The position numbers and the translations under genes were made by a program. Shown in pieces: positions 21,668 through 33,434 of a stretch of DNA of 64,000 bases (positions are counted from its first letter, which is position 1; every line of letters starts with the position of its first letter). The stretch is from Minutocellus sp. GHC0000111 (Eukaryota): positions 1,364,001 to 1,428,000 of the forward strand of contig OZ361259.1 of NCBI GenBank assembly GCA_977018835.1, given 5' to 3'. The notes under the pieces were generated by a model. It was not told the DNA's origin. It saw only the letters and a program-made list of their open reading frames with translations, and did no database searches.

Positions 21668-22446
21668 CTACCGGAAAAACTGTTCGGCGTAGTCTCTCCC
21701 CAGCCCGCATTCTTCGTACCAGTCCCTGGCCTTTTCCAACTTTGTGAATACATCATCGTAGCCTGTCACCTCCCCACTTTCTGGATCGACATAGATCAGA
21801 GCTCCCGTTACTGCATTTTATTTATAAGAAGAAGCGATTGAGGTGAGGGGTTTGACGATTTATGCAGCAAGTTCAACTTGAAACTTAATGAGAAAATCAT
21901 GCAAAACGTACCATGGAACATTGCCACCATTTCGTCGCAATCTTCGTCAACAATGAGGCTATGAGTCTCGCCAGGAGGTTCGAACACATACGTGCCAGGC
22001 TTGGCATTCCAGTCATGCTCCTTGTACCCCCAGCTCCCCTTGAGCGTCAGTGCGTGTACCGGGCTCGGATGGCGGTGGCAGCCGAGAACGCCGCCTCCCT
22101 TGAACTTGAGTAGATTGACATAGTAGCCCTGGCTGACGCAGAAGCAAAGCGGACGGAACGACAGGCACTCCGTTTGAGGGACCCATACGCGTGGATCCTC
22201 TTCCTCCCCGTCCAAATCGATGTTGGCATCGGCAAAGATCCCGCCAGTAAATACGTTTGGAATCACAATGTCAGACAATGCACCTTCCGGGGCTGCTTTC
22301 AAAGGGCTGACGCAGGATTCTTTCCTTTCACCTGCTCTGCGCACAGCGCGTGTTTGACAATCTGGACGCACTGGTGCCGGAACAAAGGACAATGCTTGCT
22401 GCGCAAGCGGAAGGAACGCCAATATCAATCTCAGCAGAGCAGTCAT
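21668..22446 (-). CDS. DAD-like cupin dioxygenase copy 2; intron 21811-21911
   Basis: Identical to 6512-7290. Confidence 0.87.
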
Positions 22447-22750
22447 GTTCGTCAGCGGGTTTGTATCCGAAATTTATTTCACAACAAAAAGGAGGAAGAT
22501 TCTGTTCCTGGAGCAGGAGCCAACCTAATCACGTACACAATTTAACCCTTGCTATTGCGATATTGACTTTCTTTCGCTTGATATGGTCTTGGTATAAAAC
22601 GCTTCCTGCCGCCTTCTCCCCGTCTTTGTGATATCGAACCAGGCGAGGCAGGGCTTGTTGAAGTTGCGTTGCTGATCGAGACGGGTGGCGGCCAGACAGG
22701 CTAATCAAAACCGTTAAATTTAGCGGCAAAAGCAACGACCACATCCCACC

Positions 22751-23843
22751 ATGGCGAAGAGCAAGACCAAGTTCTACGCGGTGGCCGCGGGACGCAAACC
22801 GGGCATTTACTTGACGTGGGTGGACTGCGAGCGGCAGGTGAAGGGCTTCAGCGGCGCCAGATTCAAGAGCTTCAAGACCAGAGAGGAGGCATCATTATTT
22901 GTCGGCGGTGCTGGCAAGCAAGCGGCACGAGGAGTTGCGTCAGCAGTTGCGCCTCGATCGGATGCATCAGCCGCTGCTGCTCGTACGAGTAATCCGGGTG
23001 CGAAACGACAATATTCTTCTTCTGTAGAGAAGAGGTCGGCGGCATCTTCGAGATATTCTGCGCCGCCTGCTCCCAAGCGACCGAGGAAATCTGCCAATGA
23101 CAACAACGCAAAATTATAATGGCGTCATCATTACAGTCTCCTTTGATGGCGGGGCGAGAGGAAATCCAGGCGTGGCCGGCGCCGGTGCCGTGATTACAAG
23201 CCAAATTAATGGAGAAGATACCAGCCAAGTGGTCAAAATACGGCAATACTGTGGTCCCAATGCCACCAACAACGTTGCCGAGTACACCGGCCTGTTGCTT
23301 GGATTGCGGACGGCCAAGGATTTTGCGGAGAAATACTTGAGGGATGCAAGCAAAACAAAAACCGGGGCGTCTGCCGCAGCTGTATCGCTGACTTCTTCGG
23401 TGCGAACATTGCTACCTATCGACATTCGAATCAACATTCGGGGAGACAGCGACTTGATCATCAAGCAGATGAACGGACAGTATCAATGCAAGAATGCCAA
23501 GCTGATGCCTTTGTATGATGATTGTCGTTCCATCGCATCACAGCTCAAGATGATGGAACATGGGAATTCGAACATGCAAGGCGTCGATGCAGGTAAAAAA
23601 TGCCGTGTATCGATCGACATGTCGCACGTGTACCGGAACGACAACAAGGTGGCCGATGCACTGGCCAACGAGGCGATGGACGAACGCAGAAGTTGGAGGA
23701 GCGAATTTGTGCGACATGCCGATGGACAGGAGGATGAGGTGGTTGGTGATGATACAGGTAGTGACAAGCAGAAGAGCGGTAATAATGGTGGGAAGGAAGA
23801 AGGAGAGAAGAAGAAAAGTGCAGAGGTGATCGAGATTGTTTGA
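22751..23843 (+). CDS. Ribonuclease H1 copy 2, same frame split
   Basis: Identical to 7595-8687. Confidence 0.85.
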
Positions 23844-24334
23844 TTAGATCTAGTACGGATGGGGGCAAGCAAAAGAGATGCTGCTGGCTGGAAAATTTTG
23901 GTGCCGAAACGGGATTGATTTGATCGCCATCCGGTCCCGACAAATTTGCCTGCGTACCTATCGTCGTAACTCAGATAAACACGATTCTCCAAACACTTAT
24001 GCCTTGACATTTGAGTTTCTGAAAGCCCGGCGTGGTGTCAAATATGCGCTAAAATCGCGGTCTTATGCATCTCAAAGTACGACTTATGCCAGCCACACAG
24101 CGCGGACATTTATTGATTGCACATTGCCCGCGCCCATAACCAAAGGAGGCAATGGAACCTTGCCCCGTGCTGTGCTTTCATTCCCATTCACATCTGTTCC
24201 TCACGCAATAACTAATACACTCTCATAATTCCTGCGAGACGAAAGACCTGGCTGAAGCGCAAAAGATACGCCTGAACTACATAGCAGAGTGCCCCTCATT
24301 CTTGACAACTACAGAACACATTCTATAATCAGCC

Positions 24335-25444
24335 ATGCCCTCCCTGTCGATGCAAACCATCTCGCCGTTGTCGTTCACGGCCGAGACCGACGATTCCTCC
24401 TCCGTGGACAGCAGCAGCTGCGACGACAGTTCCTCCGAGGAGTTCTTCTGCCCGTGCAGCCTCACCGCAAAGACCCAACCCAACGGCCAGCCCACCCAGG
24501 ACACCCTCGACCGGGTCATGTCGCACTACAACGTGATGCGGTTGCAGGAAACTAGGACGTACCGTGCCAAGGACTTTCTTTCGCGAAGGTCCTCTGGAGC
24601 TACTACTGCCCCGAGCAACAATAAATCTTCCAGCGGCAGCCCCATCGACGCCGCCTGCCGCGCCAAGATGGTGGCCTGGTGCTACCAGGTCACCGATTAC
24701 TGCACCTTCTCCCGCTCCACGGTCGAGGTGGCCATGTCTCTTTTGGACAGATTCCTATCGCACGCCTCCCCCTCCAACCTCATTGCACAAAAATGCCGCA
24801 CAAGCCGCAAGACGTACCAGCTCGCCGCCATGACGGCGCTGTGCACTTCCATCAAGATTATCGAGCCGGCGGTATTCGATCCCGCCATCATTGCCAGCTT
24901 GGGCAGGGGATGCGTCACCGAATCCCAGGTGGTGGAGATGGAACGACATTTGCTCGCCGGTGTGGGTTGGAACGTCAACCACCCCACGGCCGCTGGTCTG
25001 CTTTACTCCCTGGTGGATCTTCTACCCTCCCCACCCTCCACGGCCACCGAGGAAGATAGGACGCGCCACGCCCAGATCAAGGCCAACATCCTCACCCTGT
25101 CCCTGTACCAGACCGGGCTGGCCATCAGCGAGTACAATTTTGTCCCCGTCCGATCGTCCACCATCGCCCTTGCGGCGCTCATCAACACCGTCCATGCCAT
25201 GGAGGAGCTCCTCCCCGAAAACATGGTCACCTCCTTTCTACGACAGGTGCAATTCGTCACCGGTTTGGATCTGTGCCACAGCCCAACATTGGACGAGGTG
25301 ATGGATCGCCTGAGCGAGCTGGTCGACGATCACGTCGTCGATAGTAAATCTCATGTAAACAAACACATGACATGCGTTTTTTATAGAAAAAAGGATGCCC
25401 GCGGAAGAAGTGTCCTTGTTTTCAACAATGAAAAGAGAAATTAG
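24335..25444 (+). CDS. Cyclin copy 2
   Basis: Identical to 9179-10288. Confidence 0.9.
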   Translation: MPSLSMQTISPLSFTAETDDSSSVDSSSCDDSSSEEFFCPCSLTAKTQPNGQPTQDTLDRVMSHYNVMRLQETRTYRAKDFLSRRSSGATTAPSNNKSSSGSPIDAACRAKMVAWCYQVTDYCTFSRSTVEVAMSLLDRFLSHASPSNLIAQKCRTSRKTYQLAAMTALCTSIKIIEPAVFDPAIIASLGRGCVTESQVVEMERHLLAGVGWNVNHPTAAGLLYSLVDLLPSPPSTATEEDRTRHAQIKANILTLSLYQTGLAISEYNFVPVRSSTIALAALINTVHAMEELLPENMVTSFLRQVQFVTGLDLCHSPTLDEVMDRLSELVDDHVVDSKSHVNKHMTCVFYRKKDARGRSVLVFNNEKRN

Positions 25445-25605
25445 ATCTGGTACTCAAGTTTAGTTGGAACTACATATTGGAGTACATGGATCAATACATG
25501 TGTTTTTACATGAAGTGGTTTTTAATGGTTATGTATGTACAAAATTGCTTCTGTCGTTGGCGCACAGCTCCGTTGCGAACTGTGGTCCAACATCAACACT
25601 CCTAC

Positions 25606-26334
25606 TTATGCCACGGCAGCATTTTGGCGGAAGCTCCGCATCCGGACCAACCCCAGCGGTCGTCTCACTGATCGGATGGCGCTCAGCTTGCTACCTCCAG
25701 ATTGCTTGGACTTGGCGTTCTTGTCCTCGTCGGCGAGGGCATTGTCCAGATCGGCCGCGTCATGAAAAGCCTGGAGGGCACGGGCCATCTTGTCGCTCAT
25801 TCCGGACACCCTCCGGGCCTCGACGGCATCTGTGCCCCCCTTGCGGATGGCCTCGATGCGCGATGGTGCGGCAAGGTTGGATGCCACCCGGCTCAATGCC
25901 GTCGGTTCGTGACAACCGGCCTCGTGCTGGATGTTCTGCTCGGCGAGGACGGCGTGGACGTGTGATCGGCGGGTCTGACGGCGGCGCTGGTTGGTTTCGA
26001 CCGATCGAAGATGTTCGATGCCCCGATGGCAAAAGCCGTCGCTGGCCGGGGGGACGTTGTGGAGAAAGGTGGTGTCTTGCGACGATTCATCTCTGCTGTC
26101 GGTTTTGAGATTTTGTATTGAATGCAAATAGCGCAGTTCTCGGACATCGTCCAGCGTCGTTTCTCGGAGGGCCTGGAATTCCACGTCGGTGTAATAAACG
26201 GCGCAGTATTCGGCGTCGGACATTTCCTGCAGAGTCGGTATGAGCTTGACGGATACCGAGTTGCAGAAGTTGAGGGATCTTTTGCGATTGAGGCGGCGTT
26301 TGGATTGCTTGGGATTGGAAGTTGAGGAAGACAT
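25606..26334 (-). CDS. 'RGIEHL' family protein copy 2
   Basis: Identical to 10450-11178. Confidence 0.8.
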   Translation of the reverse strand: MSSSTSNPKQSKRRLNRKRSLNFCNSVSVKLIPTLQEMSDAEYCAVYYTDVEFQALRETTLDDVRELRYLHSIQNLKTDSRDESSQDTTFLHNVPPASDGFCHRGIEHLRSVETNQRRRQTRRSHVHAVLAEQNIQHEAGCHEPTALSRVASNLAAPSRIEAIRKGGTDAVEARRVSGMSDKMARALQAFHDAADLDNALADEDKNAKSKQSGGSKLSAIRSVRRPLGLVRMRSFRQNAAVA

Positions 26335-27135
26335 GTTGAGATATGATTCGGCACGTGCTGTGCTGCTGAAATTCTAGTGTGCCGGTTGCCAGGCAGTAAT
26401 GGTCAACGAATGGGCAGTAGTATCTTGATGCACGGCAGCAATAATTTGAATTGCTTGAGGGCAGGACTGTACGGCAATAGTGGAACCTATCTGGGGCGCG
26501 GAAGATATGTAGATGTTGAAGAAGAACCTCTTACTCCAAAATGATGGAATCCAAGTATTCAATGTGGCGGTCGGCAGCACAGTAGTTGGCTCACCGCTCA
26601 CAGCCACACAAGGAAGCAGAGTTTTGGGGCTGGTGTAATTCAGTGTGCGTCTGTCGGCCACGTCCTTGAATCCGAAAAGGGCCATTGTATTTCGAAGCCT
26701 ACGACGAAAAAGGGACAAATTTAGGGCATATTTGAGATACTTCAACTTTCTCTGTGAAAAGGGTATCGGGAATGATTATTGTGGTCAAGCCACTTGCACA
26801 GAAAGAACGTGACGCACACTAGGCCTATTTATTATGGTCACTCCTATGGTCACCTGTCAGTTATTCAGTGGTTTCTGAGTTTGCCCCCGCAAAACATCAC
26901 CGAGACGGCGGCACCCGGAAACATGGCCTTGAAGCCTTGAAGCCTCACGAATTCGAGACGGTCGCTGATAAATGACCCGCGCACAGCAACTGCCCGAGCC
27001 ACACAGTGAAGCAAAGCAAGGCGAAGAAAAACACATCAAAAGCCACACAACTTTGTTCTCATTGAGCAAAACCACCGACGCAATTGCCAATCACAATAAT
27101 TACCGTGCATCCTTCCCACAATATATTATCTCAAT

Positions 27136-27885
27136 ATGTGCGCACCCAACCTCAGCAAATCGGCGCATCCCGTCCCAACCTGCGAGCATCGCCCCAAGCT
27201 TCGCAGACGGCCCTCACCCACCTCGGTTGCCGCAACCTCCACGGCGGACGACGTCATGGCCTCCTCGTCCATCTCCACAAAAAAGACCAAGGCAGTCTCC
27301 TTTGGAGCCACGGTAGCCGTCCGTCTCATTCCCAAACACCAGGAACTCACTCACGACCAATACGTCGCCACGTACTACACCTCCACCGACCTGGAAAATG
27401 CCCGCAACTTGGGCCTCGACGACATCCGCGCCCTCCGCTCCGAAGAACCCGAGGCCTCGGCCCAAAATGACTTTACCGGACCGTGCTACCGCGGCATTGA
27501 GCATTTGGTGACAAGAGAGTCCAAATTGGACCGCTCCGAGCGACGCCGAGCCTATGTCCACGCCGTGCTGATCGAGCAGTACCGGCAGGTGGCCAACAAT
27601 GGATACGCCGACGTAAATGACCTGGCCGCCGTGGCCAAAACCAAGTCCCACAACGACAAGATTGTGGCCCGCAGCAAGGGCATGGCCGACGAGGATGTCA
27701 TGAAGGACATTCTGGGGAGGAGGGTGGTACAAAAGGCACGTGCCCTGTCCACCACTGACAAGGCGGCTATGAAGAAGGACTGTTCGCAGCGCAAACTTGC
27801 ATTTATCACCGGTGCCGTAAGAAATGTGCGGATCGGTTCCGTCAAGAGAGAAAATTATGCAGTGGAAAATGCCCGGAGTGCGTAA
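27136..27885 (+). CDS. 'RGIEHL' family protein copy 2
   Basis: Identical to 11980-12729. Confidence 0.8.
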   Translation: MCAPNLSKSAHPVPTCEHRPKLRRRPSPTSVAATSTADDVMASSSISTKKTKAVSFGATVAVRLIPKHQELTHDQYVATYYTSTDLENARNLGLDDIRALRSEEPEASAQNDFTGPCYRGIEHLVTRESKLDRSERRRAYVHAVLIEQYRQVANNGYADVNDLAAVAKTKSHNDKIVARSKGMADEDVMKDILGRRVVQKARALSTTDKAAMKKDCSQRKLAFITGAVRNVRIGSVKRENYAVENARSA

Positions 27886-28204
27886 GATATTATTAGAATG
27901 ACCAATAAGAAGTAAATAGATGAAATCGAACAAATACAGCAATAGGGATGTACATCATATTAGAATATCTCCATGAGTTAGTTGGAACGGAAGGTAGACA
28001 CATCGATCCATCTGGTGATGCGGATATCAAATGCCTGAACAATGGAAATCATCAACACGACCAGTCGATTGGGCCTTCGCTCAGTATCCCAGCGAAGGGA
28101 AGGGCATTGGCACATACAAACGTACTATCGGTGATATGAGCAATTTTGAGGGTGGGTGTAGATTGTGGTAGGATTTGAATTCTCCCTGTTGGGCAATTTT
28201 CTTC

Positions 28205-29245
28205 CTACGTAGCTAGCAACGTAGTTCCAACCCATTCAGTTTCAGTATATGTAGGTAGAGATAAAGACCAAACGCATACATATAATTTTACAAGAGCTTG
28301 CCTGCACTTTGATGCGCTGACGGCAATGGCTACCATGATAATGACCAGAACGGAAAAGGTGATGACGACACCGATGAAAACATTCGATTTCATGCCACAT
28401 ACGAAGACGTCGTCTTCCTCCTCTACCTTATCATCAGAACCTCTTGGATTTAAATTGCTACTGCCAGTTGAAGAATTAGGGGCATTCGGAATTGTGTGTG
28501 ATGCCCGGCGATCATTTCCTCCCTCAGGGATTGTTTGACAGCCGACGACACCCTGAGGCGGCGGAGGGCTGTGCTGCTCAGAGGACACGACAGATATCCA
28601 ACGTCCCTCTTCTTCGTCGTTGATAATGTCAGATGACTCCACGGGTCGATCTTCGTCGGTCAGAGAAACATGCGATTGCAAGGAAAGAGCAAAGGCACCC
28701 ACTCGACCATCACGATTCTTGTCGCACTTGGACTTAGACGTGCGCCACAGGCCTTCCGAAACAACGCGTCGGACTCCGACAAGTCGACGATGATGACTTC
28801 CCTGCTGTTCTTGGTTTGAGCCACCTTCCCCAATAACCATAAATGATGCATCTACCTTCTTGTCAATGTTCGCACTGACTGGCATCTTGGTCGAAGCTGT
28901 TCGACCCTTGGAGCTCATCCTACTTGACTTGGTATCTTTCTTGTCGCCATCGCGAATATCAATCGCAATGAGATCAGCAGGCATGGCCTCGGAGGGCTCG
29001 TCATTTTCAATCACTTCTACTGTTGCTCCTGAGCGGTTTGTAGACGATAAGGAGGTTGCAGTCTTTGTTGAATTTGATAGCTGCTGCTTCTTTCCAGGTG
29101 AGGAGGAGTAGCTGTCGCGAATAATCTTCTCACGGAGGCGATCTGAAGGGCTCCTTGCGGGCGCTGAGGGCGTTGATGGTGGGATTATCTCTGGCACATC
29201 CTCAATAAAGGCACCAAACTTTGAACGTGATTTTGAGGGCGGCAT
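28205..29245 (-). CDS. Single-pass membrane protein, paralogue of 35511-37598 but without LNR repeats; 3' end uncertain
   Basis: AFIEDVPE, PSDRLREKIIRDS and PVSANIDKKVDA are shared with the 37598 gene. TM segment VFIGVVITFSVLVIIMVAIAVS. Confidence 0.65.
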   Translation of the reverse strand: MPPSKSRSKFGAFIEDVPEIIPPSTPSAPARSPSDRLREKIIRDSYSSSPGKKQQLSNSTKTATSLSSTNRSGATVEVIENDEPSEAMPADLIAIDIRDGDKKDTKSSRMSSKGRTASTKMPVSANIDKKVDASFMVIGEGGSNQEQQGSHHRRLVGVRRVVSEGLWRTSKSKCDKNRDGRVGAFALSLQSHVSLTDEDRPVESSDIINDEEEGRWISVVSSEQHSPPPPQGVVGCQTIPEGGNDRRASHTIPNAPNSSTGSSNLNPRGSDDKVEEEDDVFVCGMKSNVFIGVVITFSVLVIIMVAIAVSASKCRQALVKLYVCVWSLSLPTYTETEWVGTTLLAT

Positions 29246-29672
29246 ATTGCGCTTCAATCTTTCGTCTCATCGGGATTCTCTTGTTTGTGGCATGAAACAG
29301 CCTTCTGCCAGGATGCTTCGCATCGTTTTTCGGATGAGGAAACGAGGTGAAGAGAGCCGTTAGGATCTCGATAGTGCGACGCTCCTGCTTTGCGGGGGAG
29401 AGTGCGGCCGACATGGCGGACATCCCAGACACCTACAATTGGCATGTTAAGAGCAAAGAACTATGATACCATCCTATCCCCAACCAATGCCGTATCTTGG
29501 AGGAACATTTCGGTGTTGCCGAAAACACATCATAAATGTTGCTTGTTCGGTCTGGCCGGTGTTCGTCAGTCCAGCGGCTCTCGCGAACATGCTGCGGCCA
29601 TAGTCAAGGTGGCCGGCAGCAGGTCCGAGCATAGCATTGGCATCGGCATCGGCAGTGGAACCAAACACCAAG

Positions 29673-30242
29673 ATGGCCGAAATCGTAGCAAGAGAACCTG
29701 TTGCTACCGCAGGATCAGTTATGGGGGCTCTGGAGAAGAAAAGGGCGCAAGTGGCAGAGAAGCAAAACAAGGTGGCTGAGGATCAGGCCAAGAAGAAGCG
29801 GCGGCTCGAAGTGCCAGAGGCTGGTGCCGAAAGAAAAAGCACCTTCAAGGATACAATTAAGATCTTGGCAGTCGCAAGTAAAAATCCAGACCATCCAAAT
29901 TTTTCCGTTTTGAACATCTACACCGTCATCGGAATGGTAAATGGAGGCAAGCCGCAGCCCTTGACGGCCGTTTTTGTTGACCAGAAGTCCTATGATGAAT
30001 GCTTCGAGGAGGATGACTGGCTTACCTACCGCTGCAGACCTTCGCAGGGCCTCTCCGAGAATGGGCTTGTCAGTATTTCAGTCTGCAAATATCCTGCTCT
30101 TGATCTCCCCATCGGCGTGCGAAACTTATATGTGTGCCCAAGCTATGATCCGGACCTCGTGGGGTTTGTCCGGACCAAGTCACGGGGAAAGGCCTGCATC
30201 GAACTGGTCGACACAGCAGCTTTGCCCTTTGGATCGGCATAA
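29673..30242 (+). CDS. Hypothetical protein (~189 aa)
   Basis: AAG-ATG start, basic KKKRR patch; no family recognised. Confidence 0.55.
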   Translation: MAEIVAREPVATAGSVMGALEKKRAQVAEKQNKVAEDQAKKKRRLEVPEAGAERKSTFKDTIKILAVASKNPDHPNFSVLNIYTVIGMVNGGKPQPLTAVFVDQKSYDECFEEDDWLTYRCRPSQGLSENGLVSISVCKYPALDLPIGVRNLYVCPSYDPDLVGFVRTKSRGKACIELVDTAALPFGSA

Positions 30243-30357
30243 ATGAAAGTCACGTATAGCAACTACTTTAAAGATGGATCTCTATCGGCCTCAAAATTAC
30301 TCTAGAATGCAGATAAAATCCCAAAGTGCCTACAATCATAATTCCCTCTTCTTAACT

Positions 30358-32907
30358 TTAAAGGGCAGAAAAGACCAAAGCCTCTCCCTCGGCCTGGTAT
30401 TCTGAAAAGTAGCTCCGAGCTTTGTCGATCATCTCCCTTATCCTGTTTTCCCAATATGGCCAAAACACTCTATCGAGCTCAAAGCCACTGTTGCTGATAC
30501 GGTCCCATTCCTTCTTCAAACTATCCTCCGTGAGGTCGGCCCAACCGCCAAGTGTTGCTATTGGGAGTCCATCATAGAGATTGTCCAAACTAGACGATAT
30601 GACGACAGGAATAGAGCCGAGCAAAAGAATCTCCCAGAGCAGATGCGTATCAAGATCACCCTTCATAGCACATAATACAAATTTATGATATCGCACTTCT
30701 CGGACAAAGCCGTTCCAATTTTCTTCTTGCCGTGCCATGGTAACCCGTGCTGTGTTGTTATTAGCGATAGAGACACCATGACCACCATTTATTTCTCTCT
30801 CCAGCTCCATGGTAACATTGCCAAGACCACTTGGAATGTACAATAGCTTCTGTCGCTTCAGCGGTATCTCTTCCATTGCTTGAAAGTATCTCTTCGGGTG
30901 CAAGCCGATCTTGCCATGCCTATTTGCAACGCCGATAGGGATGCAGCTTAGCTTTTTTGGTTTCGGTAACCCCGACTCAGATCCTGTCCAATTGCAATTG
31001 GTTGTGAACCAGTGGTAGATTAAATTGCTGTGGAGAAGCTCAGAAAAGTCATACTGAATATTCTCTGAGCTCAACTTCGAGGTTGGGTATGAGTAGGCTG
31101 CATTATGGGTAATGAGCACGTAGGGAGGCTTCAATGCTTTGAGATCAGCAGCTTTGAAGAGATTCAAAAGATATGCAACGGCTTTGTTTTCCATGTCCAA
31201 ATCCTCCAACAAAATGCAATCACCCCTCGCCAGATCGTTGAGCTGAAAATTACATGCAACGCCGTCGCAGATATTTTTGCAGAAAGAACGAAATCCGTCA
31301 CCGGTAATGAGTGGATAGCTCGCTCGGCGTTCCTCCCTTGATCGAGCTTCGCCGCTTTGTGCCAATTCAGGTCCTGGGCCATTGACGAGAGATAGATCAC
31401 GGGTCATGTCGGCCCTTAGTGCTTCTGGCAGATCTCCAAATGTATGAAAAGGATATGTTTTACTCCTTCGACAAGCCGGGGTTGCCCTATCTACTCGCTT
31501 GTTTTGGATGTGTAAGTTTGCAACTGTCGTGTAGGTGATATTCTCTACCGCGTCTATTTCTTTTTGCCTCAGCACGGGCGTAGAACAGCGGTGGTCATCT
31601 TGACGCTTCCACCCAAAGTCATAAGGGCGAGGATCAAACGACCCCTGATAGGAACCCCACCCATCCGTGTGTTCAAAGGGACCTACTTTCTGTGCCTTGA
31701 CACCAAATGATCCAGAAGCTTTGAACGATAACTGGGCTTTCCCAAGTCGCACGACATTAGCCTTTGCACTTTTGATTTTTCGAGTACCGTGGTTCCAAAC
31801 GCTGATACTCGCACCGTCGATGTAGGTTTTTTCTTCAAGTGTCGAGCAGTCCCTGCCATTGCGAGCTGGATCTTGTGGAAGAATTGTGATGGCACCTGGA
31901 TTAGCATGTGCATAGTCAGCTGATAAAGTCATATCATTTACCCATTCGCTTTGAAGCCGTGTCGTCAAGTTCTGTTTCCCCTCAGTTCGGATGAAATGCT
32001 CCAGCATTCTTTGCAGAGGTCTCGGCTGAAGATAGGCAAATCCCCATATGTAAGACGACTCGTCTCGTATCGGCACCCCCAGTTCTACTCCACATGCTTC
32101 ATATGATGCACCAAGCTTCGCTGCGTCGACATAGACTGGGTTGTCATTCTCAAGGTGGATGGCATGGCGCACCCCAAATGCATCCATGAACGCTCGAACA
32201 TAATATAGACGACTTGTGGTGTACAAGTTGAACTGCTTGTTGTTGATTGAGCTCCCCATATCTCCAGAAGCGAAGAACACATCTTCCAAGGATCTGAGCA
32301 ACAGGTCGCCGTCGAAGTATTCGGTAAAAATAACCGATATTGCATAGCATTCGCACACCCGTCTGATATCGGGATTGCCCATAAAGGCCACCTTCGAAAG
32401 TAGCAGTCGAATGGTAATGCAGGGATTGGATCGACGTGTTATCGCAATCGAGTCCAGTAAGTGTTCACCTCCATTCAGCGATTGCCCTATATGTGCAAAG
32501 ATTATCTCAACGGCATCAGGTGAGAGCCCACAGCCGTTGCTTGTTGAGAACATCTCGATCGGTGAACCGGTAACTTGAGAGAGCGTGATGTTTGAGAAAC
32601 GACGCCTGTCGACGCCGCTACAAACGCGCAAGCCCCAAGGGTAGATGGATCTATCTGACCAGGGATGCTCATTTCGGCGTTCATTGACCGAGTGAAAGGA
32701 ATCACCGACAGTTCCCCAATTCAGTGTCCTGCCCATGACTGATTCGACATGGTCAGCAACAACCCGAAGTAAACCAGAATGCTTTCGCTGACGGAGGCCA
32801 ACGTTCGATGAAGAAAATTGATGACTCTGCAAAAAGAGTTCCGCCAGGGAAATGCCAACGAATATGGCAACAAATGGCCGTACTCGGCGAAGAGCTTGGG
32901 ACGTCAT
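30358..32907 (-). CDS. Type II membrane glycosyltransferase-like protein with exostosin/GT47-like C-terminus
   Basis: 849-aa ORF with N-terminal TM. HLENDNPVYVD in the first half; ITGDGFR, IPIGV and HKFVLC...DTHLLWEILLLGSIPVV in the second. Confidence 0.65.
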   Translation of the reverse strand: MTSQALRRVRPFVAIFVGISLAELFLQSHQFSSSNVGLRQRKHSGLLRVVADHVESVMGRTLNWGTVGDSFHSVNERRNEHPWSDRSIYPWGLRVCSGVDRRRFSNITLSQVTGSPIEMFSTSNGCGLSPDAVEIIFAHIGQSLNGGEHLLDSIAITRRSNPCITIRLLLSKVAFMGNPDIRRVCECYAISVIFTEYFDGDLLLRSLEDVFFASGDMGSSINNKQFNLYTTSRLYYVRAFMDAFGVRHAIHLENDNPVYVDAAKLGASYEACGVELGVPIRDESSYIWGFAYLQPRPLQRMLEHFIRTEGKQNLTTRLQSEWVNDMTLSADYAHANPGAITILPQDPARNGRDCSTLEEKTYIDGASISVWNHGTRKIKSAKANVVRLGKAQLSFKASGSFGVKAQKVGPFEHTDGWGSYQGSFDPRPYDFGWKRQDDHRCSTPVLRQKEIDAVENITYTTVANLHIQNKRVDRATPACRRSKTYPFHTFGDLPEALRADMTRDLSLVNGPGPELAQSGEARSREERRASYPLITGDGFRSFCKNICDGVACNFQLNDLARGDCILLEDLDMENKAVAYLLNLFKAADLKALKPPYVLITHNAAYSYPTSKLSSENIQYDFSELLHSNLIYHWFTTNCNWTGSESGLPKPKKLSCIPIGVANRHGKIGLHPKRYFQAMEEIPLKRQKLLYIPSGLGNVTMELEREINGGHGVSIANNNTARVTMARQEENWNGFVREVRYHKFVLCAMKGDLDTHLLWEILLLGSIPVVISSSLDNLYDGLPIATLGGWADLTEDSLKKEWDRISNSGFELDRVFWPYWENRIREMIDKARSYFSEYQAEGEALVFSAL

Positions 32908-33434
32908 CGTATCGTATCACCTCATCATTGGGCTGTAGTTCGTAGCCACGCCACGGTCGCTTTACACGCAGACCGGGTTGGCAGTTTCTTGATTTATGCC
33001 GGCCCATGGCCCATGCCATGGCGGCACAATAACTCCGGGTTCTCACAACATTTCAGACAGGCAGACCGTCGAATGCTTCGCATTGCAAGCCAAAAAAGTA
33101 GCGGGTCGACTGCCAAGCAGAATGAAAGAAGAGCCGGCGACCATGAATGTGCAGCCACGAAGCAAGCAGAAGAGATCATAAATCGAAAAAGAACACCAAC
33201 ATCAAAGCCATAATCGACTTGAGAGGTAGGTATTGGGTGTAAGGCGCCCATGGAAATGTATGCCACACCTTCTCTTCGACAACCTCCTACCTGTGTCGTC
33301 CAGGCATTCCATCCCTGCGGGCTACTTTCTTCTTTTGTCTCGTCGTCTCACACGTGTGATCTAATGACTTGCACCATTTGGCTTGCCCCCTAACTTCTCC
33401 TCGCACAGAAGAAATTGCGCTGGGCATACTAATC

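Larger units (their letters stand above)
18221..28310. repeat. Block C copy 2 (direct copy of 3066-13154)
   Basis: Starts AACTTCTCGACAAG (3066/18221) and ends CCTGCACTTT (13154/28310). Confidence 0.97.
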
